A stretch of DNA of 64,000 nt from Hydrolagus colliei (lineage: Eukaryota), in contig CM068743.1 of NCBI GenBank assembly GCA_035084275.1, forward strand, positions 121,706,001 to 121,770,000, given 5' to 3'. The notes under the pieces are model-generated. The model was not told the DNA's origin. It made no database searches and saw only the letters and a program-made list of their open reading frames with translations. The position numbers were made by a program, and so were the translations under genes. Shown in pieces: positions 1 to 11,675 of this stretch (position 1 is its first letter; every line of letters starts with the position of its first letter).

Positions 1-889
1 TGTAGTGGTAGTTTTCAAACTCATGCTTATACCCCACAGATGCCAGAGAGTCATATATTTTAGCACAATATTTGCAATGTGACCATGCTCTGATGATATA
101 GGGCAAAGGTATCCTATGAAGCACGGCTGCTAAACAGTACTGTGTTCCGTAGCAATTATTTGTGTTCAAGCAGGTTAGAATCTATTATATTTTATTTAGC
201 ATGTCCCTGCTGAATGCCATAATACAATGCAGAAGAAGAACATGAATATTAATTCTGTTTTAAGGAACTAAGAATTGCTGCACCATAATGTATGGAATTG
301 CACTCATGTTGACACATGTATAAAATAATTTGAACCTGATCTTGCCATTTCATATTTATTGTATCTATAATATTACTTGGCAATAACTACACTTTGGGAC
401 GTACAGTATTTTGACATACTGGAAATGTATCTCTGCAGTATTTCAGATGAATCTTTCATCAACGTATTCATCTCATTAGTCTTGAATTTATTTTCTGCAA
501 GTCAATCAAAGCCTTCTCTAACAAGCTCAGTGTCAGTCCACCAGCTGCCTTCGGTGAATACACAATGCTTAGACAGCCCTATTTTGATTGCAGTAGGGAT
601 ACCACCCTAGCAACATCTCTTGCACGACATGTGGTTTGCTGAGCTGTGAAGAAGCTGACTTGATGACATGCTTACCAATTTGCTCCAGCCTGCTGGACAC
701 AATTCTTTTAAGGTTTTCTATGGAAACTTTGGAATATCATTTTGGTGTTAGAATAGTCAAGATATGGATTTTGTTTTACCACCTTATCTTGAAGTGCATC
801 ACTGGTAAGTGCAGTAGGTTTTCTCTGGAAGCAAATACAGCAGCCATTTTGCACAAGGCAAAGTCAAGAAGTGAATGATCGAGTTATCT

Positions 890-1390
890 CACAAGATCAC
901 AAGATTGGTCTAGGAGAAGAAGGCCCTTCAGTCCATCTGATATCATCCCTCCAGAACCATTCCCTGTAACAAGCAACTACTTAAATGAATCTAGTGCCTT
1001 ATGTCCCAGGTAGCAAGCCCATGTGGGGCCCATATGGGCATGGATAAACCCAAATTGGCCCATATGGGGCCCATATTGGCTTGCTACCTTGGGTAAAGAA
1101 ACAAAATCCTGGTGTCTCTTCTGAAATTGCCCTTTACAACTCCAAACCTATGTCCTCTTGTTTTACTTTCATGGTACATTCTAAAGTAATGATTTGGGTT
1201 TACTATTTGAATCCCATTTAACATTTTATACACGTATGAAGTCACTTCTGAGTCATCTTCTTTCAAGACTGAAGAGGCCAAGCTTGTCTAGTCATTGCTC
1301 ATAGCTAATTCCTCTTAAGACTGAGAATCTTTGTTGCTCTCTTCTGCACGGCCTCAGGGCCTTATGTCATAGTGATCAGAACTGTATGAA
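890..1390 (-). mobile_element. CR1 LINE 3' remnant, interrupted by a hairpin MITE
   Basis: Minus-strand translation VYKMLNGI...ESKTRGHRFGVVKGNFRRDTR is the CR1 ORF2 C-terminus. Confidence 0.75.
1005..1092. mobile_element. 88-bp palindromic MITE
   Basis: Ends CCCAGGTAGCAAGCC / GGCTTGCTACCTTGG, internal GGCCCATATGGG on both arms, flanked by GT...GT. Confidence 0.7.
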
Positions 1391-1394
1391 ATTG

Positions 1395-1635
1395 GAGGAT
1401 TGTTAGCCAGGACATCAGGAGAAACTTCATTGTCTTTTTGAATAGTGTCATAGGATCTTTCGCATTCACCTGAATAACAAGCAGATGGGTAACCATTGAT
1501 TATCGTCTCAACCAAAGGACAGCACCTCTGACAATATAGCTTTCCTAGAATCTCAGTCTGGATGATAATGCTAAAAACAGAATCTGAAGCTGCAGTCTTC
1601 TTGCCAGAGGCAAGAGCAGTACCGACTGAATCAAA
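1395..1635 (-). mobile_element. Old Deu-domain SINE (SacSINE1/AmnSINE1-like)
   Basis: gccaggacatcaggagaaact...aatagtgtcataggatcttt...cacctga...aaaggacagcacctctgacaa is the reverse complement of the Deu core as recalled. Related copies at about 21560, 44065, 58120, 60490 and 61750. Confidence 0.7.
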
Positions 1636-1946
1636 ATTAGAATAAAAGAATCTATTATGAGCCAGCATTTGGGATCCATGTAGTTTCCAGTTAGTGCCTC
1701 CGCATTCACAAAGCAGCACGTAAGAAGTCACATCAATAGTGATCTGATGACCCGTGTCATAATGGGGCTGTACTGCATTTGACAATAGATCAAAACTAGA
1801 GTTAAACTTGTCTAGATCATTAATGAGACCTCAGATGAAAGTCTCAAAGTAGAATTGTTTACTTTGGAGAACAGAGATGAGAAAGTTGAGGGGAATTATA
1901 TTGATCATTGCAAAATGGAAACAGAGCTTTGGTACAACTACTTAAG

Positions 1947-2030
1947 GTCAGCCATGATCTTATTGAATGGCGGAGCAGGCTCGAAGGGCCGAATGGCCTA
2001 CTACTGCTCCTAATTCTTATATTCTTATGT
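1947..2030 (+). mobile_element. CR1 (shark HER1/HE1-type) 3' tail
   Basis: ggtcagccatgatcttattgaatggcggagcaggctcgaagggccgaatggcctac...ttcttat repeats. A reverse copy lies at about 10800-10880. Confidence 0.75.
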
Positions 2031-2039
2031 TTATAAACT

Positions 2040-2410
2040 ACATGAGCCTGTACCCTTCCAATCCCCTCTCCCATACTCTCTTATTCCCTTCTGCCTTATG
2101 TATGCATCACATTTAATTAGGTTGATCATTTTGGCTTCAACGAGTTTCTGGCAGTAAGTTCCACATTCTCTGCGTAAAGAAATCCCTTCTAAACTTCTGT
2201 TTTGATCCGCTGCTGGCTATTGTATATTTATGCTCCTTCATATTTGGTCGCACCACCAAATTAATGTCCACCTTATTCAATCCTTTCACAATTGTAACCA
2301 CCTCTATCAGGATTTGCTCAGTCATCTCACCTCTGGAGAGAAAAGCTCCAATCTGTACAATCTTTCTTGACTGTTGTATCCACTGAGACCTGGTAACATC
2401 CTTATAAATT
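2040..2410 (-). mobile_element. CR1 LINE fragment
   Basis: Minus-strand ORF LIEVVTIVKGLNKVD...RRDFFTQRMWNLLP. Confidence 0.7.
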
Positions 2411-5400
2411 TATATTTTCTGACAAGGAATCATGATCCAGGTTATTAAAATACTGTAAAAAGCTACCTTTCCAATCCACATAAGAAAACTACACAGCCAA
2501 GATCTCTAAATTTAAGAAATGGAGGAAAATATCATGTACTCGCACAATAAAACTGTATAAATTTATCGACAGCTAGAGAATCATCCCTGAGACCTTTAAA
2601 GTACAGAGAAGGGCATTAGGGTAAACAGCCTGTTTCTTTGGCATTCTAAACCCCAATGACCCATCTTTATTACAGTCCCTTCTCCAATAGCATAATGCAT
2701 AGCTTTATTACCTATACCATGTGTAGTTTTAAAAAAAGTTTGGTCTGTCTTTGCTTTCAGCTTCTCATTTTTGTCTCTGCACTTGAACGCAATTAATTTT
2801 AGCAATCCTCGTCATGTTCTTAAAGCTTTAAGCAGCATCTCCTTGGAGCTGAACTGACTCCAAGATGACATGCTTGTTAGTGGAATGTCGGGATCGAGCC
2901 AGCCTTCTGTGGTAGTCTTGGTGTTCCAGTTACTGAACCAGGCAGGTCCGCAGTATTCTGGGGTATCGCTGATGACAGCACAGCCTGCCTGGCTCATTGG
3001 CAGGAGCTGGAAGGACAGATCAGTCACTTGAGGAAGGAATCATTCCTCTCAGCTCCTGTTAACCCTGAAAGCAAACTCCCTAATGGGTGGGGTGGTCCTA
3101 CTTAGACAAGCAGCAGAAAAGCTTGCCAAATAGCAATATTAATGGCAATCTATGTGGTTTTAGTTGGTTAGGCTCCAGCGGTATCTCAACATCCACTCCG
3201 GGCTCCCCAGGCCTTGGCTCTTGTCAACCTGCACATAATAATTTCCAGAATTAGGTAAGCCAGATGTGTCCCTCCATGGAGAGAGTCCGTATTCCATTCC
3301 AACAGACTATCTCTGAGATTTCCATGTTTAAGTAGGATGCATGGAAATCTCAGCTTGGTTTGGATACTCTTGGGTTTCCAGATGTGTCAGATCCCTGGCT
3401 GACCAAAAATAAACATTCTTAAAACTTCATTGACATTCTTTCTGTAATCAAAGTATCACCGTTCCATTTTCTGGAATTGGGTAAACATGCGACTCCCACT
3501 GGGATAGAGTGCACACACCATTCTTAGATATAGGGAAATTTCCATATCGTGTCAGACACCCGACTGAAAACAGAACACTGCAAAATACTGTACACAAGAT
3601 TGGCAGTTTGTTTCTAAAGAGCAAATGAATATAGTTGCAAATCTCATTAAGTAGACTTTTGTTTCCAGTTGTTTAACAACATCAGATACTTAACAAATAT
3701 AAGTAAATCCTTCCAATATCAAATTAGTTTTATTTAGGACATAATGATGTGTGGACTAATAAAGCAACAGAATTCTGCACTGATATAATAAAAAGCATGG
3801 GGATTGTTAGATGAGAGATCATTGTAGCTATTATTAGATGATTTAAATTAAGACTGTTTAGTCTATTTGGGGTAAATAGTCTTGTACTGTACTTCCATTT
3901 CCTTGGGAATTCATATGTTATATTTCTTCAAATTAATGTAGCCAATGTATCTTAAAAATTAAATTGTCTATTATTGTTGTGATGTTGGAGACACTGACAA
4001 ATCATTTAAAATGTATTTGAGTTTGCTTTGTGAGCACTGTAACAGGCAAATGATAGTTGTGGTCCTCCTGAAGTGAAAGGCAGTATATAAATGAATAATA
4101 CAGTATACATGTAAAATTGTATTGTTTTACTTTATGAATGAAATGCTTTCTCAATGGCTATATTTTATCGGATAGGGCTTGTGCAGAAATATAACCTGAA
4201 TACAGTACTGTAGAACACACTGAAAAGTGTGGCCACTTAGATATTATATACATTTACAATCTTTCTAGCAGGCTTACATTAAATATAGCACCATGTACAT
4301 TCAGCACCTTGGGATGTCCTCCCGACGCGAAAGGCGCTATATACTAGTAATTTTGCTGTTGTTGTTGTTGATGTGGAATATGGGCCAGTAAAATACATCA
4401 GTGACAATATTTATACTATAATAGAAATTAAGAGCAGCTTGACATTGAGTTTCTATTAACTTAAGCAACTTAAGCTGAATCCTAGCTTATCTCTAACTGA
4501 GCTACACTAAATTCCCACTGGAATAGGGATTCTGGGGATCACAGATGTGCAGAACTCTTTGAGTCTCAGCTGCCAATGAAGCAACTTAAGGGGCCCAAGT
4601 TTAGCTTCATTGAAAAACAATGGAGAACAGGACACGTTGGAAGCGATTCAAAATGTAGGGATACAAAACTGGAAGCCTGATTTATAATGACCTGCTTGCA
4701 ATCTCTCTTGCCTGGGGATAAGAAAAGCCGTGTGCCTGCACGGGTGAGTGGACGCACAGAAGTCTGCCATGCAAGAGTGAACATCAGTCAGATTTTAAGA
4801 TTATTAGAGTGAAGTGTGACCGGCTCTTCGATAATGTTAAACATCCGACACTCAATGCCAGACACTTGCAGCCATTCTGCTCACACTCACTGGAACTCCC
4901 TCCCAAGTCCCTCCGACTCTCTCCCTCTCCTCATTCAAAGCATGTCTCAAAATCTACCTGTTTGTCCGCACTTTTGGTCATCTTTCACCTCGGCCCACAC
5001 CCACACCGTAGATACTGTACTCGCCCAGCATTGTCAAGCACTTCAAGTCACTTGGCGTATGAATGCCACTAAATAAATATCAGTTGTATTGTACTCTTTA
5101 CATAGCATCCCAACACAATATAATTTAATGGTGCAGGAGCAGGAAGTGATAAACCGGCTAGAATAGACTTCACACTTCTGTACTCCTAAAAGTAAATGAT
5201 TTGACTTCCTGCAGAGCATGATAAATATAGTAGTAGGCTTTTTTTCAGTGTTCTGTCATATCGCAACCTGAAATGTTACACTTAAGAGTAGTTGACAGTC
5301 TTGCATGTGAGTGAAAGAAGATGTGCACTCAGTCACTGGTAAGACATTCTGTGCAGTTTAAGCATGCACAGCTTCTACTAGCCACTTACGTGTGATTTAT

Positions 5401-5721
5401 ATGAATTATAGAATACCATGCCGCTATCACAAAATAATTTTTGTATTCTACATGTGTGTAATATTCACTCCGTGAACAGTAGCATTAATATCAACTGTGC
5501 CTATCATAAAAGCTGCAACGGCGTATAGTGCAGCTAATATATTTCAGTGCTGCGGCAGTTTTGATTTTGTTGTTCTGAGTGAGCTGTTAGAAGACTGTTT
5601 AACCAGTCTCTATGGATGAACTACCTCATGTTTAAAGGTTTCATTTTGTGGAGTAATTTACATAATGTAACTGGTAACGTGCATAATTAACTTGCTGGGT
5701 TTGTTGTTTCCATTCTGTCAG

Positions 5722-5870
5722 GTGCGTGTGTAATATAGACTGCATCAGATTCAACTACAATCCTGTGTGTGCATCGAATGGAAAGTCCTACGACAGTCCT
5801 TGCCTGGTCAAAGAAGCATCTTGCCAGAGACAAGAGCGGATTGAAGTGAAACATCTTGGCAAATGCCTGG
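5722..5870 (+). CDS. TMEFF1: Tomoregulin-1 internal exon, second Kazal/follistatin-like module (gene start lies upstream of the window)
   Basis: Acceptor ttctgtcag|G and donor CTGG|gtaaac, 149 nt. Encodes CVCNIDCIRFNYNPVCASNGKSYDSPCLVKEASCQRQERIEVKHLGKCL, matching human TMEFF1 CVCNIDC..FNPVCASDG.SY.NPC.V.EASC..QE.I...HLG.C as recalled. Confidence 0.95.
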
Positions 5871-7059
5871 GTAAACACTTACATTTGTATAAATTTGAGA
5901 CTGTGTCCAAATTATTTTGTGAGAATTGCCCATCTACCGGGAATGCTTCTGTCAGGAAAATACTGGAGAGTTTCCAACACCTTTTCTATTACAAAAACAC
6001 CACCTTGCACATATATAGCACCCTCCACACAGGATGGTATGACATTAACAGAGCATTAACAGAGCTTTTGAAACAATATAGAAACTGCCATTGTTGCTTA
6101 TGATTTAGCTTAGCCCTAATGTTGTTGGTGGTGTTTTGACCTAATTTGCATTCCCATTTACCACATGTAGCCGTGTGGTTTAGCTCCATATTATTGTGCA
6201 TTTCCGCCGTCCCAGAGCTATTGTAATTTTCAAATTACTATGTTTTCCATTCATAATTATGCCATTCAAAATGAAAACATGCCTCCCCTTTAATGGAACT
6301 TATCAGCAGGTTTGTTCCCAGTTGAATTATCTGTTAATATATGAAGCATGTCTCCAGGCAACTGAAAATACCATTATTTGAGACTAATGCTGAGGGAGAG
6401 GATGGGGGAGAATGATTGCGGAAAGGTTCAATCCTGCATTGACCTTACAAAGAGAAACAAATGAGACTATTTTCAATAGCTTTTTATTGGGTACAATTAG
6501 AACATAGTAAAAACAGTGCTTACACATCTTTCTCCTTTGTCTTTGAAGTATTGAAAACTGATTATGAGATTAAAACAATTGCTTCAAACCCACTATGCCA
6601 TAACTGGAATTTTCTATGCATAAGAACATAAGAAATGCTAGACGAAATACGACCAAAATGTTTGCCTTCTACCTTCCTGGCAGTCACATGCACGTGTGTC
6701 CCAAACTACCTATGTACAGTACTAAATCCGAGAAATTTATTTCCTAAAAGAAAACTAGCTAATCTGTGTTTTAAAGAATCAACATTTCCTGCTTCAACCA
6801 ATGCCCTAAAGAGCCTGTTCAATATTCGCTCGCTGACATAGTGATTGCGTCGATTTTGTTCTGAATTCAATCGCAGGCCGTGTTCTCTCGCTGTACTATT
6901 CTCAGCAAGTTGAAACAGCCGGTCATGATCTATATTGTCTAGCCTCTTTAAAATCTTAAAGACAACAATAATGTCACTTCTCAATCTTTTTATTTCCAGC
7001 GTGAGTGGTTTACAATATTCTTTGTCAGTATTATATATACGGTATTATAGATACAATAT

Positions 7060-7262
7060 TTCTCTGCCTGAGACTCTCTCATATACTCTCTCTGTCTCTC
7101 ACACTATTTCTGACTCTCTCACATGCTGTCTGTCTCTCTCTTTCCCAGTCTCTCTCCCTCTCTCAGCCTCGCTTTCAATCTCTTTCTTTCAGTCTCTCTC
7201 GTTATCTGAATCTCTCTCATTCCCTCTCGCAGTCGCTCTGAGTTTCTCTCCTTGCTCTCTCT
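7060..7262. repeat. Degenerate CT-rich low-complexity tract
   Basis: Continuous (TC)n-like sequence. Confidence 0.85.
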
Positions 7263-7265
7263 TAT

Positions 7266-7617
7266 GGAACTCCTGTGGCTTCGTGGTTAGAGCACTTGTC
7301 TTGCAAGCTGGGGAGACCAAGCTGGGGAGACTTGTGTTCGAATCCAGGCAGATCTGGGTGAAACCTTGGGCAAGTTTCCTTTACTCCACACGCCTAATAA
7401 TAATCTGTCCAAAAAAACCACAATAATAAAATTGTTGTTGAAATTCATTTCAATCCACGACTGTTTGTGGGACACTGGAATTGTCTGCCGCGATTGGCTG
7501 CCGCAATTCGCCAACAAATATACAGTCAATTCACTTTACAGTATATTCTGTGAAGCGCTTTGGGATGTTGATAAGATGTGAAAAGCACTATATCAAATGC
7601 AGGGATTATTATTATTA
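7266..7617 (+). mobile_element. tRNA-derived SINE, full length
   Basis: A/B-box head (gttcgaatcc), shared body, (TTA)n tail. Internal duplication of caagctggggagac. Confidence 0.9.
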
Positions 7618-8359
7618 AAGTAGAAGCCCGTTTATCCGGCACTCGCGGGACCTGGCCAATGCCGGTTAAAGCGCCTGCCGGATATTCGGGCGGCCCGCGG
7701 CCGAAAACCCACTACAAAAAAATTAAAGTTCTTTCAACACACACCATACACACCAGACTAAGTAATAACAGATAGTGACAGAATGTTGTGTTGGTGCTTG
7801 TTGTTGGGGCTGCTCTCTTGCGCTTCTCACCTTTGCTGGTTGGAGTTTGCGGTCCAGCGATTCTTTTTTGAATGGGGGGGTGCCAGGCGAGTGAGGGAGG
7901 CGGCAGCGCGATTTTAAAGTTGCGTGACTTTACTAGCTGCAAGCCCAAGCCCTAGACTCTACTAGCGGCAAACCAAAATACTGCACCTGCACGACAATGT
8001 GGGTTATCGGCTAGCGTTATCGGCTTGCCGCTAGTCTGACTTTAAAGTCATACGTGCTCCGTTTTTTTCGGCCGCTTGGCGTGCTCCATTTTGGGGGGAG
8101 TCGCTGGACTGTAAACCTCAACCGCAGCATCATGGCTTCAAGTGCAACATCTACCAGTGCGGGTGAGGGGCGCGGGAGAATGGTTTTGATGGTGAGTGCC
8201 AATGCAGTATTCTGTTATGTTATTATTTATGCATTTACAAATGCTCCACTGCTATTGTTCTGGATAAGTTCCGGTTTATCGAATGGAGAATTTATTTTTG
8301 GCGTGCCGGTTATACGGAAGTGCCGGTGCATTGAGTCACGGATAAACGGGCTTCTATTG
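7618..8359. mobile_element. Tc1/mariner-pogo (Tigger-like) non-autonomous DNA transposon, 742 bp
   Basis: TIR core TAGAAGCCCGTTTATCCG (from 7621) / CGGATAAACGGGCTTCTA (to 8356). TA flanks at 7616-17 and 8360-61. CpG-rich interior. Confidence 0.85.
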
Positions 8360-10319
8360 TACTTAGTCACTCTCCATAGTCCAGTGCTTCCATTCTCAAT
8401 CATTTTGGTTGCCCTCCTCTGTATCTTCCCGATCTCTCCAATATCCTTTTTGTACTATGGGACCATAACAGTACTCTAAGTGTGGTCTCACCAATGGCTG
8501 ATAGTGTGGCAGGATTACCCCACTATTTTGGTTATTTGATCTTTTGATACACCCCAACATTTGGTTTGCTTTAGTCACTGGCACACAACATTGTTAGGAG
8601 AATTTTAATTTAGTGTCAATCATGTTCCTTTTCATTTTCCATATTGTTTTCCTTCCATTAAAATAATAGTCCCTTCCAGGATATTTTGTCCCCATGCAAA
8701 GTACTTTTCATTTCTCCACATTGAATTTTACCTGCCACTGATCTGCCCAATTCCCAAGTGTGTTCAATTCCTCCTGTAACCTATCTTTTTCAGCTTCACA
8801 ATCTACCATCTTCTACCAGGACATCCTCCCGATGTGAAAGGCGCTCTGTAAATGTAATATTGTTGGTGTTGTTCATTTGCTTGGTGTCATCTGCAAACTT
8901 AGCTACTGTGCTTGAGACTCCTTGTTCCAGATCATTTATAAAAATATTAAATGAAAGAGGTCCCATAACAGTCCCTTGTAGAACTCAACTGGTAACATTT
9001 TCCCAATCTGATGACATTCCCTGTATTACTACCCTCTGGGTTCTCTGATCAACCCACTGTTTATCCACTGTAATATAGCTCCACTGATTTCTTTACTTTC
9101 AGTAACATCTTCTCAAGAGGATTTGTGTCAAAGGAAATCCAAATATACAACATCCACAGCCTTATCATTATCAGGCTCCCTTCACACCATCAAAGAAAAC
9201 CAGTAAATTAGATTGGCAAGACCTGTCCTTCATGAATCTATATTGGCTCTCATTTATAATATTAGTTGCTCCATGATTTTATCCTTAATAAGAGTCCCCA
9301 TAATTTTATCCACAATGGATGTCAAACTTACTGGTCTGATGTTTCGTGGGACACTTTTATTACCTCACTTAAAAATAAGAGTAATATATGCCTTTTCCAG
9401 TCCCCTGCCACCACTCCGGTATTCAGTGATTTTTGAAAGATTTGTGCCAGTATATCTGTGATTTCCTCCCCTAGTTCCTTAAGGATCCTCAGATACATTG
9501 GCAAAAAAAAAGTCAGTAAGAGTGGGAGGGATTTTCTGTTTGTGAAGAGTCTAGTGAGTGCCTTGTTAGTAACAAGACACATAATTGGAAAACTTTATGT
9601 GCCTAACATTTTGAAATTGTAGTTGTCCAGCTTTCATTACCAGTGTTTGAAAGTAGTTTTCAAATCTACTGTGCAAGGAACAATTGAGGTAGTGATCTGC
9701 ATTTGGAAGCTAATTGAAGTCCGGAAGGGCCAATTTAATGGTGGACTAAAGCCATGATGTTATTTAAATATGCTCGGAGGTTGAGGTAACTCTACAAAAC
9801 AACGTGCAGATTTTTGCTGGTTCCGACTCATTACTTCAAAGGCAACTTCCATTCCCCTTAGTATTGTCTATTGTATTGGTTGAAGAAAGGGGCAAACAGG
9901 AGGGCTGTACAGGCAGAGATTTCTCTGGGGGAGAAGATCTGGAGGTTCAGACTCCTATCAGTAGTGTATAGAGGAGTAGTGTCAGCAGAGGCTGTGGTTT
10001 TCCTGTGAGATGGAATTGAGTCGCAGTTCACATTCATCCAGACCAATCTACTGATAGTAGTGAAGGTTACAGTACTTTTATCATTTTAGTTCCAGTTCCC
10101 TCTTGGGGATCGTGTTGACATCAACCTGTGCAATTCAACATCTGACAAACACACTGCTGAGGTAGGTCAGAAGGTTGGTGTGTTTGCTCAGCACTCTGGA
10201 CAAAGCAGTGATGAGGCGAGCCAATCCTTTCTTATCGCTGAAATCCCAAAGATGCATTGTCCTATTCGACAAGTGGATTAACTATTTGAATTGAACGGAG
10301 GAAGGGGCACTGGATGCAT

Positions 10320-10995
10320 TATCTAGATATGAAATTCTTGTGTAATACCATCCAGTATATTCTGTGCTTGACTAAATGGCTCTATATCATCATTGCCCTT
10401 GGTAAGATGTTTCAGAAGTTGATTCCTCACTACATAAAAAAAACTTCCTGATATCTGTCCTGAAATTGCCCTTTACAAGTTTAAATGCATATCTTCTTGT
10501 TCTACCGTCCTTTTGGAATCTAAAGGATTTATTTGGGTTTAATTTTTCAATCTCATTTAAAACATCAGGTTGCTGGTGACTTGACCAGCTGATTCAGTTT
10601 GCCAGAATTATTTATGTGTATAGTAAATAATAGCAGCCCCAGACACCACTCATGATAACCCGCTAGACTGAAAAACCTTCTTTTTCCTCTGCTTTCCTTT
10701 CTACTCTCCAACAATTTCTTGGCATTTACCTTTAATCCATCCACCACAATCTTTGCCATGAGTCTCTTATGTGACATTTTATCTGCATTCCTCTGTCAAT
10801 AAGAACATAAGAATTAGGAGCAAGAGTAGACCATTCGGCCCTTCAAGCCTGCTCCGCCATTCAATAAGATCATGGCTGATCTTCTCACCTAACTCTGATT
10901 ACCTGCCCTATCCCCATATCCCCTAATCCCTCTATTTTTCAAAAATCTATCAGTCTCAGCCTTGAAAATGTTCAAGGACTGAGCATCTACAGTCT
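10320..10995 (-). mobile_element. CR1 fragments (two adjacent pieces)
   Basis: Same ctgaaattgccctttacaa motif as the copy at ~1120. CR1 tail aagaacataagaattaggagc at 10801. Confidence 0.7.
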
Positions 10996-11099
10996 CAATC
11001 TACCAAGTCTCTTTATTCACCTTGTTCAAATGATCTTTAATTAATGACCTCAGATCCAGTGAATATCACTTGACATAACCCACCCCTTTACCATAGCTA

Positions 11100-11323
11100 C
11101 ACGTGCACAATTTGGCTGCTGCGTTTCGCCCACAAATATACAGTCAATTCTCCCACTCTCCTTCATCCTGCCCCGACCCCTCCCCCCTGCTCTTGTCCCT
11201 ACCTAACTGTACAGCGCCTTGGGATGTCCTTTCGACGTGAAAGGCGCCATATAAATGTAAGTTTTGATCAATTGATTGGTCGATAGGTCGATCGATCGAT
11301 TGATCGATTGATTGATTGATTGA
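11100..11323 (+). mobile_element. SINE body joined to L2-type tail B, ending in a (GATT/GATC)n microsatellite
   Basis: ttggctgctgcgtttcgcccacaaatatacagtcaatt, then a pyrimidine tract, then gcgccttgggatgtcc...gaaaggcgccatataaatgtaa and (attg)n. Confidence 0.75.
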
Positions 11324-11338
11324 TGCCTTTAGCTGCGT

Positions 11339-11655
11339 GGAGTCCTGTAGCTCAGTGGTTAGAAGCCCTTGCCTTACAAGCATGAGACCTGTGTTCGAAT
11401 CCAGGCAGGTCACGGCGAAACCTTGGGCAAGTTTCCTTATTCCACACGCCTAATAATAATCCCTCAAAAAAAAACTATAATAGATCGGTCATTTCAATCC
11501 TTAACTGTCTGTGGGATACTACTATGCCCAATTGGCTGCCGCACTTCACCCACAAATATACAGTCAATTCGCTTTACAGTATATTCTGTGAAGCGCTTTG
11601 GGACATCTAGAAGACGTGAAAAGCGTTAACTCAAATGCAAGTGTTATTATTATTA
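11339..11655 (+). mobile_element. tRNA-derived SINE, full length
   Basis: ggagtcctgTAGCTCAGTGGttaga...GTTCGAATCC...gtgaagcgctttgggacatc...tattattatta. Confidence 0.92.
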
Positions 11656-11675
11656 CCAAGTAATAAAGTGTTATA

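Larger units (their letters stand above)
6618..9500 (-). mobile_element. Decayed CR1 LINE (ORF2/RT region and 3' tail) with nested insertions
   Basis: Tail cataagaacataagaa at ~6619. Peptides RSDIIVVFKILKRLDNID, KANQMLGCIKR, LVRPHLEYC and LKELGEEITDILAQIFQKSLNTGVV. Interrupted at about 7020-8361 and 8819-8873. Confidence 0.85.

Noticed and set aside
636-878. Possible upstream TMEFF1 exon (strong donor ACTG|gtaagt near 805)
   Set aside because: The translation does not match the expected preceding TMEFF1 exons (GSGSG; C..C...AECDED). Those exons must lie before the window.
6935-7426. 163-aa Ser/Leu-rich ORF
   Set aside because: Translates CR1 antisense, the CT-rich tract and a SINE head.
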